A stretch of DNA of 64,000 bases from Candidatus Parcubacteria bacterium (lineage in GTDB: Bacteria > Patescibacteriota > Patescibacteriia > Patescibacteriales > UBA12075), in the NCBI GenBank assembly GCA_963814275.1, contig CAWFCE010000002.1:362537-426536 (forward strand). Direction: 5' to 3'. Under the pieces are notes generated by a model that saw only the letters and a list, made by a program, of their open reading frames with translations, did not search any database and was not told where the DNA came from. Numbering within the stretch: position 1 is the stretch's first letter; every line of letters starts with the position of its first letter. The position numbers and the translations under genes are program-made. Shown here one piece after another: positions 53,611-61,717 of the stretch.

Positions 53611-54453
53611 ATGGCGAACCGCAAATCGCTAATTTGGAAAATAATCGAGCGCGCCCTGATGATAGTCGGCGTAATCGTTGTCGGGACAGTAATCGTTAAA
53701 GCGGTCGATAACGGTCCGGCCGGGAGGGTCGCGGGAGTCAATACGATCGACGGGCCTTGTCCCGGAGATATGGTATTTGTCAGCGCGCCGGGCGGCGGAT
53801 TTTGTGTTGATATTTACGAAGCTTCGGCCGGTCCGGCCTGCCCCGACAACTCCCCGGACGGCAAGTCGAACACTCAGGAAAACCTGGATGCCAGCGCCTG
53901 TATGCCGGTATCGGAGCCGGGAAAGCTGCCCTGGCGCAACTTATCGCAGAACCAGGCGTCATTGGCCTGCGCCAAGGCGGGCAAGCGCCTGCCGACCAAC
54001 AAAGAATGGATGCTGGCCGCCCTCGGTACCCCCGATAAAGCCGGCTCCTGGGACAGCGAAGACTGCAATGTCAGCAGTAATTGGGCGGACCAGCCGGGCC
54101 TGACCGGATCGGGAGACCGGTGCGTTTCTTCCGCCGGGGCATATGACATGATCGGCAACGTTTGGGAATGGGTGGATGGAACCGTCTATGACGGCAGAAT
54201 GGAAAATATTCCCCTGCCTGAAAACGGGTTCGTGACAGGGGTTAATGGCCAGGGCTTGCCTTCGGATTCGAATCCGGACGAAGGCGATCCCAGCTATTAT
54301 TATGACTATCTCTGGATCAAGCCCGGCGATACCCGCGCCATCGCACGCGGCGGCTATTGGGATAACCACTCCGACGCGGGGCAGTATGCCTTTTATATCG
54401 TGGCGCCTCCTTCCGAGGCCGGCAAAGGGATCGGGTTCAGATGCGTTAAATAG
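53611..54453 (+). CDS. membrane-anchored FGE/SUMF1-fold domain protein (paralog)
   Basis: It carries the same motif set as 52695-53546: CVDIYEAS, AKAGKRLPTNKEW, YDMIGNVWEWV, ARGGYWDN..GIGFRCVK. Confidence 0.8.
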   Translation: MANRKSLIWKIIERALMIVGVIVVGTVIVKAVDNGPAGRVAGVNTIDGPCPGDMVFVSAPGGGFCVDIYEASAGPACPDNSPDGKSNTQENLDASACMPVSEPGKLPWRNLSQNQASLACAKAGKRLPTNKEWMLAALGTPDKAGSWDSEDCNVSSNWADQPGLTGSGDRCVSSAGAYDMIGNVWEWVDGTVYDGRMENIPLPENGFVTGVNGQGLPSDSNPDEGDPSYYYDYLWIKPGDTRAIARGGYWDNHSDAGQYAFYIVAPPSEAGKGIGFRCVK

Positions 54454-54542
54454 AAATAAAATGAATATCCCTGTCATAGCGAGCGACAGATATTAAAAGG
54501 AGTTAATTCGTCGCTGTGGCTTCCTTTGATGACAACTAGAAT

Positions 54543-55049
54543 ATGATTAAACATTTATTTAAACTAATCCATCATTTGCGCGTTTTACTGTTCATGATGA
54601 TCGTAATGTCGTTTTTCTATATAGCCAACCTGAACCCGATCGATATTACGGCGTTTTTCGGCGCCAGCTTCGGGCAGGCGATCGGGGTGGCAGCCAGCGT
54701 TCCGGAGAATCCATTCAATCAGCTGGCGCTGCAATTGAAAGAAAAAGAGGATAACCTGGCCAACCGGGAAAAGGCGGTTTCCGAGCGGGAAGCCGCCCTC
54801 AACGGCAGCGGCCAGGCTTGGTGGTTTGTCGGGCTGGGAATCGGCATTGGCGCGCTATTTATATTATTATCTTTTAATTTTTATTTCGATTACCGCCGGG
54901 ACCGGCGGTATAGGAAAGAGAAAAGAGAAGGAAAAAAAGTAAAAGATGGAACAGAACAGGGAAAAATATCTGGGAATAATAACCAAGATACAAGATACAA
55001 TAACCAAACAAATCCCAATGACCGATTACCAAATGACCAAACTGTTTGA
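54543..55049 (+). CDS. hypothetical membrane protein (2 TM, short coiled segment)
   Basis: It has two hydrophobic helices. The C-terminal ~30 codons are encoded by word-repeat DNA (54985-55045), so the true 3' end is uncertain. Confidence 0.4.
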   Translation: MIKHLFKLIHHLRVLLFMMIVMSFFYIANLNPIDITAFFGASFGQAIGVAASVPENPFNQLALQLKEKEDNLANREKAVSEREAALNGSGQAWWFVGLGIGIGALFILLSFNFYFDYRRDRRYRKEKREGKKVKDGTEQGKISGNNNQDTRYNNQTNPNDRLPNDQTV

Positions 55050-55124
55050 TTATTGGTTATTGCAGCTTGGCCATTAACTGCAAATGGTCAAGTTTTATAT
55101 CGATAATTACATTTTACTTTCTCC

Positions 55125-56900
55125 ATGCCCAAAGCATCAAAATTAACCAGTGGAATTATAATCGGAATTTTTATATTATCCGTATTTTATCCTTTCGCGC
55201 AAGGCCAAGCCATTTCCCAGGTTAGCGATTTGATTTCCACTTCCTGGCCGGGTTTTCCCGCCAATCATACGGTCACTTTCCGCGCCAGCCAGGATATTCC
55301 GCCCGGGGGAAAAATAGTAGTTACGCCGCACAGTAATACATTTCAATTATTGCCGGGCTTAGATTATCGGGATGTTGATTTGGCAACTTCCAGTGTTATA
55401 TTGGGCCCGTTCATGGACCGCGAAATAGCGGCATCATCAACCGCCGACAACGACGGCCTAAGCGTGTCAACCAATGCGGTTGGCACAAGTACATATTTGC
55501 AGAGTATAACCTTCACCTTGAATAACAGCCATGGAATTGTAAAAGATGATTTCGTTAGAATTGAGCTTGGAACAAATGCTGCCTTTGGTACGACCAGCAG
55601 CCAACAAATTATGAACGCACCAACGATCGGCAGTTATGATATTCAGGTGCAGACATTTACCGCCGTCGATGAACCGATCGAGCGGGCGACCGCGATGGTG
55701 GCGATGGTAGAGCCGATTATGGCCGGTGGCACAGTGGTTAAACTGAGAAGCAATGGCCGGCCGACTGGATGGCTTTCCTACGGCACCGCGATCACTATCA
55801 TGTCGCTGAGCACCAATTATATCGCGACTTGCCGTTTTTCCACGACTGCATCGACCTCTTACGCGGCCATGACCGAACAGTTCACTTATACGGGGACCTA
55901 TTATCACGCTTATAACTTGATAGGTTTGGCCAATGGCCATAGCTATCATTATTATATCCGTTGCCGTGATGCATACAGCGTAGATGATATGACCGATTAC
56001 GAGATCAGTTTCCAGATCGAAGGACAGGCAGGCAACAGCGGTGATGAGAATACGGAAGGATCGAGCCCGGGCGGCGGTGGCGGCGGAAGTGGCGGCGGAA
56101 GTGGCGGCGGTTTCGGACCGAGCAAGGGCCCGGGTACCGGGGATTACCTGCCTTATCCGCCGGAACCGGGATTACCGGGGGTGGTATTTTCCGGTTTCGC
56201 TTATCCGTCGAGTGAAGTAACGGTTTTGCAGGACGGCAATGCCGCCGGCCAGGCGCTGGGCAATGCCAAAGGCGAATTCGGCGCCTTTCTCGAAGCGCTT
56301 AATCAAGGCATATATACTTTCAGTATGTGGGCGGAGGATCCCCAGGGGAGAAAATCAAGCACCTTTTCCACCACTTTTTGGGTGGAAGAAGGGACTCAGT
56401 CCAATGTGGCCAATATCATCATCTCCCCGACGATCGAGATCACCAAAAATGAGCTCAACGCCGGTGATACGATCGAGGCATTCGGCTATTCGACTCCCGG
56501 CAATACGGTGGAAGTATGGCTGTATCAGGCCGTATCCGGACCGGTCGATGAAGCAAGCGTGATCAAGACGACGGTCGATGTTAACCGCGATGGCGCCTGG
56601 AAAGCCTATATTAACACTTCGAGTATGAGCAATGGAAGCTATCGGATAAAGGCCCGTACCGATAGCGATACATTGGGTAGAAGCGATTTCAGCCAGGTAG
56701 TCAACCTGTCAATCGGCGGACAGGTGGAAGAGGCGGTTTGCGCCGGGGCCGATCTGAACGGCGATGGCCGGGTAAATTTGACCGATTTTTCCATATTACT
56801 GTATTACTGGAATACTAGTGATGCCTGCGCCGATCAGAATAATGACGGCACAGTCAATTTGACCGATTTCAGCATTATGATGTTCTATTGGACAGGCTAG
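55125..56900 (+). CDS. secreted surface protein with C-terminal dockerin-type duplicated Ca-binding repeat
   Basis: A signal peptide is present. The N-terminal module (VSDLISTSWPGFPANHTVTF) resembles the N-termini of subunits A and B. A Gly-rich linker follows. The C-terminus reads DLNGDGRVNLTDFSILLYYW..DQNNDGTVNLTDFSIMMFYW. Confidence 0.85.
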   Translation: MPKASKLTSGIIIGIFILSVFYPFAQGQAISQVSDLISTSWPGFPANHTVTFRASQDIPPGGKIVVTPHSNTFQLLPGLDYRDVDLATSSVILGPFMDREIAASSTADNDGLSVSTNAVGTSTYLQSITFTLNNSHGIVKDDFVRIELGTNAAFGTTSSQQIMNAPTIGSYDIQVQTFTAVDEPIERATAMVAMVEPIMAGGTVVKLRSNGRPTGWLSYGTAITIMSLSTNYIATCRFSTTASTSYAAMTEQFTYTGTYYHAYNLIGLANGHSYHYYIRCRDAYSVDDMTDYEISFQIEGQAGNSGDENTEGSSPGGGGGGSGGGSGGGFGPSKGPGTGDYLPYPPEPGLPGVVFSGFAYPSSEVTVLQDGNAAGQALGNAKGEFGAFLEALNQGIYTFSMWAEDPQGRKSSTFSTTFWVEEGTQSNVANIIISPTIEITKNELNAGDTIEAFGYSTPGNTVEVWLYQAVSGPVDEASVIKTTVDVNRDGAWKAYINTSSMSNGSYRIKARTDSDTLGRSDFSQVVNLSIGGQVEEAVCAGADLNGDGRVNLTDFSILLYYWNTSDACADQNNDGTVNLTDFSIMMFYWTG

Positions 56901-57129
56901 GAGGCAAATGACGAATGTCGAATTACTAATGTCGAATTGTTAAATTATACTTTTTAATAACAATAATTTTGAGAATTTGTCATATTATGTTATAATTAAT
57001 TAAAGTCGGAACTTGTGGATTATTACTTGATTTTGATTAAAGCATATAATAATAGCAAAATAACTTGAGTTGATGAATTTCGTTTAATGGTCAGTTCGAC
57101 ATTCGACATTCGTCACTCGACATTAATTG
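56901..57129. repeat. inverted CGAATG-word pair enclosing ~150 bp of AT-rich DNA ('empty' counterpart of the 26379-26839 cassette)
   Basis: The left arm is GAGGCAAATGACGAATGTCGAATTACTAATGTCGAATTGT (56901-56940). The right arm is GTTCGACATTCGACATTCGTCACTCGACATTAATTG (57094-57129). Confidence 0.6.
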
Positions 57130-57131
57130 AT

Positions 57132-57590
57132 ATGAGCTTTTTAGACAAACTTAAAGTGAAAGTGGATGAGGAACAAAAACCGGTAGCGGATGATGAGGCG
57201 CTGGATAAAAAAGAGAAAAAGACATCGACCTTTCTTCAGCTTGACGTGGATATTTACCAAGACAGCGAGGCAATCGTGATTGTCGCGCCGATACCGGGAG
57301 TCGAGGTTAAGGACCTTGATATATCGATCGAGAACGAAAACGATGTAGTGACGATCCAGGGTAAGCGCGAGATGCCGTCGGAAGTCATTCAGGGCGGTGA
57401 TGAGGGTAAAAAATATCTGCGCCAGGAATGCCACTGGGGGCCGTTTTACCGGCAAATCATATTGCCCCAGGAAATAAACGTATCGGAAGTGGAAGCTAAA
57501 TTCAAGAAAGGCATATTGATACTGACCTTGCCTCTATTGCGCCTGCAAACCGGCGGCAAGAAAAAGATCAAGGTAAATACGGAGAAATAA
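57132..57590 (+). CDS. Hsp20/alpha-crystallin small heat-shock protein
   Basis: The ACD region reads LQLDVDIYQDSEAIVIVAPIPGVEVKDLDISIENENDVVTIQGKRE..GPFYRQIILPQEINVSEVEAKFKKGILILTLP. The track start (57087) lies in repeat DNA, so ATG 57132 is preferred. Confidence 0.85.
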   Translation: MSFLDKLKVKVDEEQKPVADDEALDKKEKKTSTFLQLDVDIYQDSEAIVIVAPIPGVEVKDLDISIENENDVVTIQGKREMPSEVIQGGDEGKKYLRQECHWGPFYRQIILPQEINVSEVEAKFKKGILILTLPLLRLQTGGKKKIKVNTEK

Positions 57591-57624
57591 TATTAATCAC
57601 TAGGCATTTGTTTACATTCGGATT

Positions 57625-59373
57625 ATGAAAAGATTCATAAAATTTACCAGTATATTCGTCTGGCTGGCCTTTTTGGCCTCGATGACTGTATTGCCGGCGG
57701 CGGCGGCCGGGGCAACGCTTTTCTTGTCTCCGGGCAGCGGAACATATATGGTCAACCGGACATTTACCGTCAAGGTAACGGTCGACAGCGGCGGCGGGAC
57801 TGGCATTAATGCCGCTGAGGGAACAATTTCATTCGATACGGCTTATCTGCAGGTTTCGCGACTGTCCAACGCATCATCGATCTTCAAGCTTTGGACTACC
57901 GACCCCACTTATTCCAACACTGCCGGCACGATCACTTTCGGCGGCGGCGCGCCGGGGGCCTATAAGGGTACGGCCGGAGAAATATTCAATATTACTTTTA
58001 CCGCCAAAAAGATCGGTGAAACATCCGTGACCTGGAAAACCGGGGTGGTATTGGCTGCCGACGGGAAGGGCACGAATGTATTCGGCGGATTCGGCAATGC
58101 CAATTATACGATCCAGGCGGAAACCCAGGAAGAAAAACCGAAAACGGAGGAACCGAAGGAAGAAGGTCCGAAAGGGGCGTTGCCGCCCCAGCCGGAAATA
58201 TCGTCTGCCAGCCATCCCAAAGAAGACGTGTGGTACAGCAATAACAATCCGGAATTCGACTGGAAAGTAATTTCCGATCTGACCGGCGTGAGCTATGATA
58301 TCAGTGAAAATCCGACCGGTGATCCCGGAGCGGAAAACGACGGTATCGTCGAGACGACCAGGTATGAAAACCAGCCCGACGGACAGTGGTACTTCCACCT
58401 TAAATACCAGAATCGCTTCGGCTGGGGCGGAATTGCCCACCGTAAAGTCCTGATCGACGCGACGCCGCCCGAACCTTTTACGATCATGCTCGACAATGAA
58501 GGTGATACGACCAACCCGGCACCGAAATTGCTGTTTACCACGACGGACAAGACTTCCGGTATCGATCATTATGTCGTGAATATCGGAAGCGAATCGAATG
58601 AAGTCAAGGCCAGTGATATGCCGGAAGGGTATTATAAGACGCAACCGCTCCCACCCGGAGAATATGAAGCCAATATCGCGGCGGTCGATCTGGCCGGCAA
58701 TACCGCTTCTTCTTCGCTTCATTTCAGCATCGATCCGCTCAAGCCGCCGATCATTACCGACATACCGAGTATTCTTGACCGTAGCCAGGAATTGATCATC
58801 CGCGGTACGTCATTCTATCCCCGGGTCACCATCAAACTCTCTATCGGCGGAGAAAACAAAGACACGATCGAGCAGTCGGTTACCACGGATGATGACGGCA
58901 ATTGGTCTTACTTCCACCACGGCAAGCTCGACAAGGGTAGCTACGAGGTCTGGGCGAAGATCATCGATAACCGCGGCGCCCAAAGCCTGGACAGCACCAG
59001 ATACATCATGACTATCGTCTCGCCGTCGATCATTGAAACTTATGGTTTGCTGATTATCATAATTCTTCTGATAATTATTATAGTTCTGCTTTTGTACATC
59101 CTTTATCAACGGCGTGAGTTCCAGGAGGAAAAAGAACGGATTTTGACAGAAACATTGGAAGTTAAGACCAAATTGGGCAAGATTTTTGTCGCTCTGCGCG
59201 AAGAAGTCGATGAGCTCATGGTATTGGCGGACAAGAAGCCGGGTTTGTCGGAATCGGAACGGCGGGTCAAGGAAAAATTGCAGGAGTCGCTCGATATCTC
59301 CGAAGAATTTATCAGCAAAGAGGTCGAGGACGTAGAGAAGGAGATCAAGCTCAAGATTAAGAAGCCGGAATAG
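57625..59373 (+). CDS. membrane-anchored cohesin-domain surface protein with cytoplasmic coiled-coil tail
   Basis: It has a signal peptide and the cohesin-like region LFLSPGSGTYMVNRTFTVKVTVDSGGGTGINAAEGTISFD..GTITFGGG..GEIFNITFTAKKIGETSV. The TM helix is LLIIIILLIIIIVLLLYILY, followed by a K/E-rich tail. Confidence 0.8.
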   Translation: MKRFIKFTSIFVWLAFLASMTVLPAAAAGATLFLSPGSGTYMVNRTFTVKVTVDSGGGTGINAAEGTISFDTAYLQVSRLSNASSIFKLWTTDPTYSNTAGTITFGGGAPGAYKGTAGEIFNITFTAKKIGETSVTWKTGVVLAADGKGTNVFGGFGNANYTIQAETQEEKPKTEEPKEEGPKGALPPQPEISSASHPKEDVWYSNNNPEFDWKVISDLTGVSYDISENPTGDPGAENDGIVETTRYENQPDGQWYFHLKYQNRFGWGGIAHRKVLIDATPPEPFTIMLDNEGDTTNPAPKLLFTTTDKTSGIDHYVVNIGSESNEVKASDMPEGYYKTQPLPPGEYEANIAAVDLAGNTASSSLHFSIDPLKPPIITDIPSILDRSQELIIRGTSFYPRVTIKLSIGGENKDTIEQSVTTDDDGNWSYFHHGKLDKGSYEVWAKIIDNRGAQSLDSTRYIMTIVSPSIIETYGLLIIIILLIIIIVLLLYILYQRREFQEEKERILTETLEVKTKLGKIFVALREEVDELMVLADKKPGLSESERRVKEKLQESLDISEEFISKEVEDVEKEIKLKIKKPE

Positions 59374-59407
59374 CCGGCTTGACAATACGATTCGTAATCG
59401 TTCAGAT

Positions 59408-59440
59408 AAACAAGAACGCCCGCGCGGGCGTTCTTGTTTT
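59408..59440 (+). terminator. intrinsic terminator
   Basis: The hairpin AAACAAGAACGCCCG-CG-CGGGCGTTCTTGTTT is followed by T. Confidence 0.75.
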
Positions 59441-59481
59441 GGTTGAAATAATTTGCCCGATTTGATATACTGAAGATAGAT

Positions 59482-60090
59482 ATGCAAACGATGGACCTTA
59501 AGCGTTCGCGTCGAGCGCTCGTAATCGTCGCTCATCCGGATGACGAGACGATTTGGATGGGCGGGACAATCTTACTCAATCCGAACGTCCACTGGACGAT
59601 TTTTTCATTATGCCGGGGAAGCGACAAGGATCGGGCGCCGAAATTTAAGCGAATATGCAAAATATACGGAGCAAAGGCGATAATCACCGACCTGGAAGAT
59701 CAGGGCCGGCTAACGATCGGCGAAACCGTTCCGCAAATAAAAAAATATCTGTTAAGCAATATAAAAAATCGGAATTTCGACTATATCTTCACGCATGGGC
59801 GGAATGGGGAATACGGGCATCCCAGACACGTCGGCGCTTACCGGGCGGTAAAAGAATTGATTTCGGAAAAAAAATTAAATACCGATAAGCTGTTTTTTTT
59901 CAATTACAAAAAAAATCTTAGGGGCAGATACTCAAGCATGGCCCCGAAAAAAGATTCTGAAATTACCTTAAGCTTATCCGATAAAATATTCATGAAAAAG
60001 AAACGTTTACAGTCAGAAATTCACGGGTACGAGTGGAACGGGATCGATAATCGATTGTGTACTAAAATAGAAGCGTTTAAAACAATATAA
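59482..60090 (+). CDS. PIG-L/LmbE-family deacetylase
   Basis: Contains ALVIVAHPDDETIWMGGTIL and HGRNGEYGHPRHV, which are PIG-L motifs. Confidence 0.85.
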   Translation: MQTMDLKRSRRALVIVAHPDDETIWMGGTILLNPNVHWTIFSLCRGSDKDRAPKFKRICKIYGAKAIITDLEDQGRLTIGETVPQIKKYLLSNIKNRNFDYIFTHGRNGEYGHPRHVGAYRAVKELISEKKLNTDKLFFFNYKKNLRGRYSSMAPKKDSEITLSLSDKIFMKKKRLQSEIHGYEWNGIDNRLCTKIEAFKTI

Positions 60091-60170
60091 TTACCTTCCC
60101 CAGATAATCGATAAACAGTTCGACGAATTATTTTCCGTGTTCTGCTATCCGTTATCCGTGGCCTAACATT

Positions 60171-61313
60171 ATGAAAATTGCCGTATTATTCGCTTATCCT
60201 GTCGAATCCGACGGTCTGAGCATCCAGGGCTATTTGCTTTATAAAGGCCTTAAGGAATTGGGCGTGGAAGTGATTCCCTGCCATCATCAGCCGAGCTTCC
60301 AGAAACAATGGGTCTACACCGCTTTTAAGCCTGATGTCGCGATCGGCGTCGGGTGTTGGACGTACGCGCCGGATATAATATTTTCGCCCCAGAATAACGG
60401 CGTTACGCCGGTACCGTGGTTCGTGGCCGACGGCTGGGTAGCCAATTACCAGGAGGCGATCAGCAGTCTGCCGCTTGTTTTCACTACCAGTAATTGGGTA
60501 ACGGACACTTACAAGCGCGACGGCTGCAATGTCAAGAATTTCCGCACCCTTCATATCGGCGTCGATCCGGCGGAAACCCGTATGATCCCGCAGGACGATC
60601 CCAAGATCCAGAAACTAAGGTATATGCTCGGCGTCCAGCCGCATGAAAAGATGATATTGACGATCGGCGGCGATGTGACAAGCAAAGGCGCCCAGGAAAT
60701 GTTCCGGGCGATCAAGGAGATCGATAAGGATTTTAAGGATTGGAAATACGTCTTGAAGCATTGGGACTCGGAATCGGCCCATGTGCACGGCGAAGAGGAA
60801 GACAATCTGATCGATGAGCTGGAGCTTGACCGCGGTAAGATCCGTTATCTTTCCGGCGCTTTCAGCCACGACTTCATGTCTTATCTCCTGTCCGCCTGCG
60901 ATATCTACGCTGCTCCGTCCCGGCTGGAAGGTTTCGGCATGATCCAGGTGGAAGCGATGGCTTGCGGCAAGCCGGTGATCTCGATCAATACCGGCGGCCC
61001 GGCCGATACGATCGTCCACGGCCAGACCGGTTATCTGGCTGAGATCGGGGAAACCGTCCAGCTGACCGAAGAATGGGCCTATGAAGGCATGGGCTTCGAC
61101 GCGGAATTCAAGGTCAAATTCGACGAACCGAAGGTCTTCGCTTACCGCGCTTCAGTGCCGGACCTGATCAAATACACCAAAGAGCTCCTGACCGACGACA
61201 AATTGCGGGAAGATATGGGCAAGCAGGCTTATGAGCACGCGATGAAAAATTTCCATTACAAAGTTGTTGCCCAGAACGCACTGGACATGCTCGATAAAAT
61301 GATAAAGAAATGA
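60171..61313 (+). CDS. GT4-family (GT-B) glycosyltransferase
   Basis: The pattern PSRLEGFGMIQVEAMACGKPVISINTGGPADTIVHGQTGYL is the GT4 E-x7-E region. Confidence 0.9.
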   Translation: MKIAVLFAYPVESDGLSIQGYLLYKGLKELGVEVIPCHHQPSFQKQWVYTAFKPDVAIGVGCWTYAPDIIFSPQNNGVTPVPWFVADGWVANYQEAISSLPLVFTTSNWVTDTYKRDGCNVKNFRTLHIGVDPAETRMIPQDDPKIQKLRYMLGVQPHEKMILTIGGDVTSKGAQEMFRAIKEIDKDFKDWKYVLKHWDSESAHVHGEEEDNLIDELELDRGKIRYLSGAFSHDFMSYLLSACDIYAAPSRLEGFGMIQVEAMACGKPVISINTGGPADTIVHGQTGYLAEIGETVQLTEEWAYEGMGFDAEFKVKFDEPKVFAYRASVPDLIKYTKELLTDDKLREDMGKQAYEHAMKNFHYKVVAQNALDMLDKMIKK

Positions 61314-61421
61314 TCAATTATTTGTTAAGGCGAATAATAATGTAATTTTTATATTAATTCGGACTTAACAAAATTAATTTATAGGAGTAAAGTGTAGTTA
61401 AGGGAGTGGAAAAGTATGTAT

Positions 61422-61450
61422 TTGACATAACACCGAAATCGTGATATGGT
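61422..61450 (+). promoter_or_regulatory. candidate promoter
   Basis: TTGACA (61422-61427), a 17-nt spacer, then TATGGT (61445-61450). Confidence 0.4.
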
Positions 61451-61597
61451 TAAAAATCGTATTTTTTACTTAATATGAAAAAACATACAGGAGCCAACTT
61501 TATTATGATGCTTCTTACCCGCGGTAATAACTGCTGGTTATTTAGCAATGTCAGGGCTTCTGAATAGAGGAAAATCAAATATACATATTATATATTC

Positions 61598-61626
61598 AAA
61601 AGCCCTGAAAATATTTCAGGGCTTTT
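61598..61626 (+). terminator. hairpin terminator / attenuator
   Basis: AAAAGCCCTGAAA (61598-61610) pairs perfectly with TTTCAGGGCTTTT (61614-61626). The 5' arm can alternatively pair with 61551-61564. Confidence 0.6.
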
Positions 61627-61717
61627 GCATATAGCAATTCAATTAAATTACAGGAGGAGTACGCACCTTGAAAATTTATAAAATAAATCCATAATCTTTT
61701 ACATTGGGAGGTGAGTC

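Noticed and set aside
53380-54453. The FGE-fold C-termini as DGR variable regions.
   Set aside because: The two paralogs differ by ordinary scattered substitutions. There is no Asn/AAY-rich variable stretch and no nearby near-identical template copy.
19000-61400. Prophage, IS or integrative-element explanation for the surface island.
   Set aside because: No integrase, transposase, phage structural or conjugation genes were recognised. Apart from the AT-rich spacers, the composition of the island genes looks like the rest of the window.
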